DNA from: Candidatus Cloacimonadota bacterium
GTDB lineage: Bacteria > Cloacimonadota > Cloacimonadia > G963667145
Assembly (NCBI GenBank): GCA_963667255.1
Contig: OY762940.1
Coordinates: 1,175,702 to 1,239,701, forward strand
Direction: 5' to 3'
Length of the DNA: 64,000 bases
Position numbers and translations under genes: made by a program. Positions 57,418 to 64,000 of this stretch are shown here, piece after piece. The notes under the pieces are model-generated. The model worked only from the letters and a program-made list of their open reading frames with translations, was not told where the DNA came from and searched no databases. Position 1 is the stretch's first letter; each line of letters starts with the position of its first letter.

Positions 57418-57732
57418 TTACATCAACCCAGGGATGTTCATTCCGCCGGTAATTGCCGACATGCTTTCCTGCGATTTCGCTTCGATTTGCGATTTGGCAT
57501 CATTTATAGCCGTGATTATCATATCTTGCAACATCTCCACATCGCTGGGGTCTACAGCCTCAGGGTCTATTTTTAGCCCTGTAATGTCAAAACTTCCGTT
57601 CATGGAAACCTCTATCATTCCGCCACCGCTGGTAGCAGTAACAACGGTATTCTTGGTTTCCTCTTGAGCTTTCAAAAGTTCTCGTTGCATTTTTTGAGCT
57701 TGTTTCAGCATCTTATTTATGTTCTTATTCAT
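57418..57732 (-). CDS. ybaB: nucleoid-associated protein YbaB/EbfC
   Basis: 104 aa. MLKQAQKMQ N-terminus and GGMNIPGLM C-terminus typical of YbaB. Confidence 0.8.
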   Translation of the reverse strand: MNKNINKMLKQAQKMQRELLKAQEETKNTVVTATSGGGMIEVSMNGSFDITGLKIDPEAVDPSDVEMLQDMIITAINDAKSQIEAKSQESMSAITGGMNIPGLM

Positions 57733-58737
57733 CAGAAACTCTCCTTTTCATTTTTTCAAATAAATCCATATTTATGTCCAAATAGCGTTTCGCATTATAC
57801 TCCACATATTCGCAACTAACACCGTCACGGGAAATATCCACAAAATTTTCTTTTGGCAATCGGGGATTGTTGTCAACCGATTTATTTACCGGATAAAGAT
57901 TTAATTCGCTCGTTATTATTTTTTGAACTCTCTCCGAAAGAAGCAAATCAATAAATTTTTGGGCAATCTCTTTATTTGGGGAATTTTTGTATATTCCCAT
58001 ACCGAAAACTTCTCTAATGCCCAAATCTTTTAACAAAATTGGCTTTAGTTTCGGATTGTAAAACGAATAACTGACACCCCCTATCCAAAGTCCGGCTTCT
58101 CTTGCCAAAACCATTCTGTGAGCGAACGACGGACTGGGAGCAATTTCGCGGATTTTATTTTGCATACTGTGCCAAAATTGCCTATGACCGCTCTGTGTGA
58201 ACCGAGCGAGAGTTTTGATATAAAATCCCCTGCTGTATGCAAAATTTTCGGGATTGCACAAGATGAGTTGGTTGTTGCAAAAATCTTCTTGAAGATTTCC
58301 GAGAGTCCGAGGAACGCTTTTAATCTGTGTCGTGTCAGCCAAAATGCAAACATAATCGTAAAACAAGGGCGTGAAGTGATGAGAATTGTTAAAATCCAAA
58401 TCTTTCATACTATTGGTTTCTTCGGATTTATACACATTAAATTTATTGCTCTTAATAGCTTCTTTCAGGAACGGGTTGTTTATCCCTATTGCCACATCAA
58501 AATCCTCAGAAGAGGTGATGAGGTCGTTTATGCCTTCAAAATAGTAAAATGCCGGCTTGTATTTCAAAGAGTTTTCAACTATCTCGGTTATGGAATTTGG
58601 AAACCATTCACCAATGATGTTTTTAACGATGGCGATTCTCAATATGGGCAAGTTTTCTTGTTTTTGAACGCCTTTATTTGTTTTGGAGTTGCAACCAAAA
58701 ACTATGATAAAAAGAAGTGGAAATAAAATTTTTCTCA
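57725..58737 (-). CDS. periplasmic substrate-binding-like lipoprotein
   Basis: GGAGG RBS 7 nt upstream of TTG 58737, giving MRKILFPLLFIIVFGC (lipobox). The ORF-track extension to 58897 lacks an RBS and overlaps mlaE. PBP2-fold-like composition. Specific ligand family unclear. Confidence 0.5.
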
Positions 58738-58739
58738 AT

Positions 58740-59492
58740 CTAACCTCCAAACATTGCCGAAGCAACGATAAAATCCATAATAAGAATGGCAATGCTGGAA
58801 TAGACCACGGTGGCAGTAGCGGCAATGCCCACTCCTTCTGCACCATTTTTTGTCCTGCTACCCACGAAGCAGCCCACACTGGTGATTGCCACACCAAAGA
58901 ATAGGGATTTTATCAATCCGCCCCACAAATCAAAAGGCAAAAATTTGTCCCGCATACCGCCAAAAAAGATATAGAGGCTAATACCATGATTTAGATACGA
59001 CAAAAGAAAAGCGGAGATAATGCTAACAAAATTGGACAGAATGGTAAGAATGGGGAAAACTATGGCACCTGCGACTATCTTCGGCATATAGATGAAGTTT
59101 ATGGGATTTATAGACATGCTGTGTAGAGCGTCCAATTGTTCGGAAATTTTCATTGAGCCTATTTCCGCTGCGACAGATGCTCCGACTTTTCCGCTCAAAA
59201 CCAATGCTATCAATACAGGTCCCAATTCGGTTAAGGTTGTTTTTTCTATGAAAATTCCTATCATACCTTTTGGAGCTAATCCTGCTGTCTGATAGATGGT
59301 TTGCACGGCGGTAACAAAGCCCATAAAAGCGGAAGTTACGACTATTAACAAAAACGAATCGTAGCCGATAGATTTCATCTGTTTCAGGATGTAGTATTTA
59401 CGAACGGGCAGGTATTTTAAAGATTTTATAAATTCAAAGAAAAAAAAAACGAACTCTCCAAAATTATAAAAAAGCAGATATATCTTTTTCAT
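58740..59492 (-). CDS. mlaE: MlaE-family ABC transporter permease
   Basis: 250 aa, 5 TM. EQLDAL...SM.I.P signature (ISEQLDALHSMSINP). Confidence 0.75.
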   Translation of the reverse strand: MKKIYLLFYNFGEFVFFFFEFIKSLKYLPVRKYYILKQMKSIGYDSFLLIVVTSAFMGFVTAVQTIYQTAGLAPKGMIGIFIEKTTLTELGPVLIALVLSGKVGASVAAEIGSMKISEQLDALHSMSINPINFIYMPKIVAGAIVFPILTILSNFVSIISAFLLSYLNHGISLYIFFGGMRDKFLPFDLWGGLIKSLFFGVAITSVGCFVGSRTKNGAEGVGIAATATVVYSSIAILIMDFIVASAMFGG

Positions 59493-59509
59493 TTTAGTCT
59501 AAAAACATA

Positions 59510-60928
59510 TTAATCAAAGTCTGGTTCAGACTCCAAATTCATTTCGTCAAAATCGGATAAAGAAGTAGGTTCTGCAAAATCTTCAAATTCGTTGTGTTGC
59601 TGGTCGAGAGTCAAAAATCTTGTTTTCTCGCCCTGGAATTTCAGCCTCGTAAATCCTACTGCTCCATGACGATTTTTTGCTACTATAATCTCGGCAGTCC
59701 CTGGATATTCACATTTCTCTTTGTTGTAGTAATCGTCACGATAGATAAAAATTACTTGGTCGGCATCTTGCTCTATAGAGCCAGACTCACGCAAATCGGA
59801 GAGGAACGGTCTTTTATTGTCTCTGCTCTCTACGCTACGGTTGAGTTGAGATAGAGCTATCACATTGATGTCCAAATCTTTAGCCATAATTTTCAGACCT
59901 CTGGAAATATCGGAAATTTGTTGATATCGTTGTTCGCGTGAATTTGAACTCATCAATTGCAGGTAGTCGATAATAACCATGTCTAAACCGCCAAGTTCTG
60001 CTTTTAGTCGCATAACCTTGGAGCGAATAGAACTCAAAGTGTTTGCTCCGGCATCGTCAATATACAAATGGGATTTTGATAATATCATAGCCGCTTGGGA
60101 GATGCCTCTGAGTTTTTCGGCGTTCATTCCTTTTCCTCTATTCATGCACTCCACATCAACATTGGCAGGACCGGAAAGCATCCGTATCAAAAGCTCTTCT
60201 CCTTCCATCTCCATACTAAAAATAGCAACTTTTCTGTCAGACATATTAGTTAAATTATGGGCAAAATTCAAAGCAAGTGAAGTTTTCCCCATCGCTGGTC
60301 TTGCAGCCAAAACCAAAAATTGTCCCTTGCTAAAACCGCCGATAAGTTTGTCGATATCAGGAAATCCTGTGCTCATACCCGAGAGTTGACTTTTGCTTAA
60401 AGATTTTTCGTTTATTGTCTGGACTACTCCACCCAAATAAGATTCAGCACTTCGGAGTCCGTCACCAATTTTATTGTCTGCAACCTTGAAAACCAAAGAC
60501 TCAGCTTTTTCCACAATCTCATCAACAGGCTCATCATCAGCGTAACATTTTTCTAAAATTGTGTTGGAGACATTTATCAGTTGTCGTAGCCTTGATTTTT
60601 GGAGAACGATTTTGGTGTGATATTTTAAATTGCCACCACTCATCACCACATCGGAGAGTTGATTTAGAAAAGCTAATCCACCAATTTTCTCTAAATTTGC
60701 CTTGCTTTTAAGTTTGTTGGCAATAGTGATTATGTCCACTTCCGTGTTCTCATCAAAGAGTTCTCTAATGGCATTAAAAATCAGACGATGAGAGTTCTTG
60801 TAAAAATCCCATTCTTGTAGTTTTTCGAGAGCAATGGCAACATTTTGATTGTTAATCATCATTGCCGAGAGGATGCCAGATTCGGCTTCCAAATTGTGCG
60901 GTAAGACCTTTAAAGAGTTTTCTTCCAT
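59510..60928 (-). CDS. dnaB: replicative DNA helicase
   Basis: Walker A ARPAMGKTS. RecA-like motifs. N-terminal DnaB helical domain. 472 aa. Confidence 0.9.
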   Translation of the reverse strand: MEENSLKVLPHNLEAESGILSAMMINNQNVAIALEKLQEWDFYKNSHRLIFNAIRELFDENTEVDIITIANKLKSKANLEKIGGLAFLNQLSDVVMSGGNLKYHTKIVLQKSRLRQLINVSNTILEKCYADDEPVDEIVEKAESLVFKVADNKIGDGLRSAESYLGGVVQTINEKSLSKSQLSGMSTGFPDIDKLIGGFSKGQFLVLAARPAMGKTSLALNFAHNLTNMSDRKVAIFSMEMEGEELLIRMLSGPANVDVECMNRGKGMNAEKLRGISQAAMILSKSHLYIDDAGANTLSSIRSKVMRLKAELGGLDMVIIDYLQLMSSNSREQRYQQISDISRGLKIMAKDLDINVIALSQLNRSVESRDNKRPFLSDLRESGSIEQDADQVIFIYRDDYYNKEKCEYPGTAEIIVAKNRHGAVGFTRLKFQGEKTRFLTLDQQHNEFEDFAEPTSLSDFDEMNLESEPDFD

Positions 60929-60937
60929 AATCTCAAG

Positions 60938-61567
60938 TTATACAGTTTCTAAAAATTTTTGTAGGTTTTGCAAATCAATCCAAGCCAACTTTTTCCACTC
61001 ATTTCGCCTCAAAAGAGCGGACGGATGATATGTAACAAAAGTGGGAATATTGCTGAAAGAGTGAACTTTTGTTCTCAAATCTTGCATTTTGTCGTCCAAC
61101 CCCAACAGAGAACTTGCAGGAACTTTTCCCAATAAGAGCAAAGCTTTCGGTTTAATTTGTTCTAATTGAGCATACAAATTTGGAATACATTTTTCGACCT
61201 CTTCCGGGAAAGGATTTCTATTTTCCGGAGGACGACATTTGACCACATTGGAAATAAAAACATCCTTTCTATCGATGTTTATTGCCTCCAACATTTTTGT
61301 AAGCAATTTACCGGACCTTCCCACAAAAGGCTTTCCCGAACGGTCTTCTTCTTCGCCAGGAGCTTCCCCAATTATAAACAAATCGGCATTAGGATTGCCC
61401 TCTCCAAACACAATATTCGTCCTTGTTTTAGCCAAAGAACACGCTTGGCAAGCACACTCCGCATTCTTGGATGGAGAAAAATGCCAATGATTGACCCCGG
61501 CGAGTTTCAGCTCTTCAAAATACTGCAAAAATTGTTTGTTAGGATTCAACAATTTCCTCTTCGGCAC
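60938..61567 (-). CDS. uracil-DNA glycosylase family 4 (4Fe-4S)
   Basis: GEGNPNADLFIIGEAPGEEEDRSGKPFVGRSGKLL matches the family-4 UDG motif. Cys ligands present (CACQAC). Confidence 0.8.
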   Translation of the reverse strand: MPKRKLLNPNKQFLQYFEELKLAGVNHWHFSPSKNAECACQACSLAKTRTNIVFGEGNPNADLFIIGEAPGEEEDRSGKPFVGRSGKLLTKMLEAINIDRKDVFISNVVKCRPPENRNPFPEEVEKCIPNLYAQLEQIKPKALLLLGKVPASSLLGLDDKMQDLRTKVHSFSNIPTFVTYHPSALLRRNEWKKLAWIDLQNLQKFLETV

Positions 61568-61769
61568 TTTCTACATCATCGATAGAGTATTCTGGAATAT
61601 TATCGAAAGCTACATGTTCTATAGCTGTATGAGCAATTTTCTTCTTAAATTGTTCTCTAATCACAGAAGGTAATTTGCGTAATCTCTCAGCCTCTTTTTC
61701 TGCGGCTATCAAGAAAAGATAGTTCTTGTTAAGTCCTTCCAAAACTTGGCTTACTCTTTTATCAAACAT
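61539..61769 (-). CDS. rpoZ: DNA-directed RNA polymerase subunit omega-like
   Basis: 76 aa. NKNYLFLIAAEKEAERLRKL resembles the RpoZ core. Classic gmk-rpoZ adjacency. Confidence 0.5.
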   Translation of the reverse strand: MFDKRVSQVLEGLNKNYLFLIAAEKEAERLRKLPSVIREQFKKKIAHTAIEHVAFDNIPEYSIDDVESAEEEIVES

Positions 61770-61786
61770 ATTAGGTATCTCCTACA

Positions 61787-62404
61787 TTATTCAAAATGAA
61801 CATCAATTAGATTAGAAATTTTATTCTCTTCGGCTTCGATAATTGAGTTAGTTAATCTCACCGCTTTTGACAGTTCATTATTGATAACCAAATAGTCAAA
61901 CTCTTTTATTCTTTTTAGTTCCGTCATCATACTTTGCTTGCGAACCAAGATATCTTGCGGGGAGTTCTGCCCTCTTTTTTTGATACGAGCAAGCAATTCA
62001 TCGACAGAAGAAGCCATAATAAAAATAGAAACAGAACTTAAATCTTTATGTTTTTTTATTTGCTCCGCCCCTTGCACATCTATGTCGAGCAAAATGTGCT
62101 TGCCGGCATCCAACCTATTTTGAACATACTTTTTTTCTGTCCCGTAATAATCGGAATGAACTTTGGCAAACTCCAAAAAGTCTTTGTTGGCAATTTTTTT
62201 CTCAAACTCCTCTTCAGAGATGAAAAAATAGTCAACACCATGCACTTCATCGGTGCGAGGCTTGCGAGTAGTAAAAGAGATAGAGAACTCCAAATCGTCG
62301 CGAACTTTGAGAAGTTCATGACAAATAGTACTCTTCCCTGCTCCCGACGGAGCGGCTAAAATAAAAAGAAGTTTTTTATTTTTCATTCTTTTATCATCAA
62401 GCAA
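61787..62404 (-). CDS. gmk: guanylate kinase
   Basis: P-loop AAPSGAGKST. SFTTRKPR motif. Confidence 0.9.
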   Translation of the reverse strand: MLDDKRMKNKKLLFILAAPSGAGKSTICHELLKVRDDLEFSISFTTRKPRTDEVHGVDYFFISEEEFEKKIANKDFLEFAKVHSDYYGTEKKYVQNRLDAGKHILLDIDVQGAEQIKKHKDLSSVSIFIMASSVDELLARIKKRGQNSPQDILVRKQSMMTELKRIKEFDYLVINNELSKAVRLTNSIIEAEENKISNLIDVHFE

Positions 62405-62766
62405 TAGTCATCACTTTTGTAAAAAAAATCAAACTCGCTGGGGTCGTCCACTTTGTAACGAAGTAACCAGCCGTTTTCATACGGAGAGGAATTAATTAAC
62501 CCCGGTTCGTTGTCCAAATCTTCGTTTATCCTCTCAATGATCCCGCTAACAGGCGAAATAATTGGCTTTAATCCGTCCTTGGTGCCGATGTATCCGCAGA
62601 CCTCACCCTTTTCAAATTCATAGCCAATCTTAGGTAATTCCACAAAACCGATAATTCCGTATTTCTCTTGAATATATTCAGTTAAGCCTAAATAAACAAC
62701 ATTATCTTCAAAAACTTTAAGCCAATGATGGTTCTCTGTATAAAAGAGATCCTCTCTGATTTCCAT
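62383..62766 (-). CDS. gcvH: glycine cleavage system H-like lipoyl carrier protein
   Basis: YTENHHWLKV and GFVELPKIG motifs. Conserved lipoyl-Lys context (GYIGTKDGL). No gcvT/gcvP nearby. Confidence 0.65.
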   Translation of the reverse strand: MEIREDLFYTENHHWLKVFEDNVVYLGLTEYIQEKYGIIGFVELPKIGYEFEKGEVCGYIGTKDGLKPIISPVSGIIERINEDLDNEPGLINSSPYENGWLLRYKVDDPSEFDFFYKSDDYCLMIKE

Positions 62767-63013
62767 AGGAAATCTCCTTCCCTACACGATGCAAACAAAA
62801 CACAAACAATTAAAATTTTATTTGAGTAAAAATTTTTCGACCTCTTGTTTTGTCAAATTTTAAATCTTTCTCTTTTTTACATATTTTTTAAGTGATTGAA
62901 GACAATGTAAATAAAAATTTAGCTTAAGAGAGAAACAAAATCCAAATCAGCAAAAATTTAAAATTTAGGCTTAGAATGCTTGACATTTTCGACGGCTGGA
63001 TTTTCCCGATGAT

Positions 63014-63625
63014 ATGAGTATTTTAATAAAATTATTGGGAATTCTCCTATTTATCCCACTACATGAGCTGGCACACGGATATACTGCGTATGTTTTGGGA
63101 GATGACACCGCAAAGAGAGCGGGAAGGCTTACGCTAAACCCAATCAAGCATATAAGCGTAGTTGGGGCAGTTTTGCTTTTTTATGCCGGATTTGGATGGG
63201 CAAAGCCCGTGCCAATCAATCCGATGAATTTCAAGAATGTAAAGCGAGATATGGCGATAACAGCTGCCGCCGGACCTCTGATGAATTTTTTCTTGGCTGT
63301 CTTGCTGGCTTTTGTTTTCAATAAACTTCGCTACATTCTTGTGGCAAACACATTTAACACTTACCTGCTAACTTTCATCTATATCGGTATTCAACTGAAT
63401 GTAGGTCTCGGGATTTTCAACTTGATTCCTCTGCCTCCGCTTGACGGGAGCAAAGTATTGGGAGGATTTTTGTCAGATTCCGCTTTCGCTCGATACACCC
63501 TCAACGAAGAAAAGGGGATAATTTTACTTTTGGTGATTTTTGGACTCGACTACTTGTTCGGCATCAACATCCTTCATTATGTGATTTATCCGCCGATTAG
63601 GCTGATAATGTCAGCGTTGATTTAA
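63014..63625 (+). CDS. site-2 protease (M50)-family membrane metalloprotease, short form
   Basis: HELAHG (HExxH) in the first TM segment. Multi-TM. 203 aa. Confidence 0.7.
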   Translation: MSILIKLLGILLFIPLHELAHGYTAYVLGDDTAKRAGRLTLNPIKHISVVGAVLLFYAGFGWAKPVPINPMNFKNVKRDMAITAAAGPLMNFFLAVLLAFVFNKLRYILVANTFNTYLLTFIYIGIQLNVGLGIFNLIPLPPLDGSKVLGGFLSDSAFARYTLNEEKGIILLLVIFGLDYLFGINILHYVIYPPIRLIMSALI

Positions 63626-63626
63626 G

Positions 63627-64000
63627 CTATTTTATTTCCAAATACGCAGTCTCAATTTTTGCAAACCCATACATTTTTTCTAAAATGGCACGGTAAACTT
63701 CCAATTGATTTTCGTTGGTAATCTCGCCGGTTTTATACTCTACCACAAACGCATCCTTGTTGTCGTGAGAAACCATAAGCCTGTCTATCCTATGCTCTTT
63801 ACCTTCAGCTATTATCGGCATTTCACAGAGGATATTCCCCCATTTTTGCTTGTCATACAACCAAGGATTTTTAGAAACTTGCTTATCTAAAACGAGCAAG
63901 TAATTTTTCCATTTCAAACCAAATTTTTTAAGAGTCATTTTGTGGGCTAATCTTTTCTCTTTTTCAGTGTTCCGCTTTATGAAGCTCAAATAGTAGTGAA
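63627..64000 (-). CDS. PD-(D/E)XK nuclease-domain protein (RecB/Cas4-like C-terminal part; frame open to window end)
   Basis: RIDRLMVSHDNKDAFVVEYKTG (D...EYK) followed by QLEVYRAIL (QxxxY), typical of RecB-family nuclease motifs II-III. The frame has no stop upstream of the TTG at 63989 through position 64000. Confidence 0.5.
   Translation of the reverse strand, partial: HYYLSFIKRNTEKEKRLAHKMTLKKFGLKWKNYLLVLDKQVSKNPWLYDKQKWGNILCEMPIIAEGKEHRIDRLMVSHDNKDAFVVEYKTGEITNENQLEVYRAILEKMYGFAKIETAYLEIK

Noticed and set aside
57725-58897. ORF-track 390-aa version of the substrate-binding-like lipoprotein starting at 58897 (MVWQSPVW...).
   Set aside because: The extension overlaps the mlaE coding end and has no RBS. 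A GGAGG plus TTG at 58737 gives a canonical lipoprotein signal (..VFGC). The shorter model was adopted.
1-64000. CRISPR arrays, tRNA/rRNA genes, integrases or phage structural genes.
   Set aside because: No regularly spaced short direct repeats were seen. No tRNA-like T-arm signatures were seen in intergenic regions. No integrase/recombinase or capsid/terminase-like ORFs are in the track.

Overview
This is an AT-rich (roughly 35-40% GC) bacterial chromosomal segment read with the standard genetic code (TGA, TAA and TAG all act as stops). Most of it is housekeeping. There is a relA/spoT-family (p)ppGpp synthetase-hydrolase, radical SAM, GT2 and dapF block on the minus strand. thrC, lepB, proS, a NuoE/F-like flavoprotein, trmL and murA follow. 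Next is a compact dcw cell-wall cluster (mraZ-rsmH-ftsL-ftsI-murE/murF fusion-mraY-murD-ftsW-murG) that stops after murG. Then come udk-like, nusB, glyQ, a class A PBP, PhoH/YlaK, alr, yicC, rnr, dnaG, lolE-like, psd and lysA. The window ends with an EF-G paralog, napH-like and TlpA-like redox proteins, ybaB, mlaE, dnaB, family-4 UDG, rpoZ-gmk, gcvH and an M50 protease. I found no CRISPR array, tRNA, rRNA or integrase.

Two accessory spots stand out.

(1) About 34.45-36.35 kb: a decayed IS element with imperfect terminal inverted repeats about 35 bp long. Its zinc-ribbon DDE transposase is broken by an 88-bp perfect tandem duplication. It sits directly upstream of a HigB/Gp49-like toxin pseudogene (in-frame TAG plus a frameshift) that overlaps an intact HTH-XRE antitoxin.

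(2) About 48.8-52.7 kb: a markedly lower-GC two-gene cassette on the minus strand, inserted between lysA and an HD-domain gene, with a strong bidirectional terminator on one side. Both proteins combine a Ppx/GppA-like ASKHA domain with a C-terminal nucleoside 2-deoxyribosyltransferase (NDT/Rcl)-like domain. The larger protein adds an N-terminal PNP/MTA-nucleosidase-like domain with the hallmark GGEMEG motif. This is my best candidate for an undescribed nucleotide-centred conflict or defence-type system, with a nucleotide/alarmone-processing operon as the main alternative; it needs database and experimental confirmation.

A GC-rich, hairpin-rich candidate structured RNA lies in the dapF/thrC divergent intergenic region (about 5.44-5.70 kb). 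A partial RecB/Cas4-like PD-(D/E)XK nuclease gene runs off the 3' end of the window.
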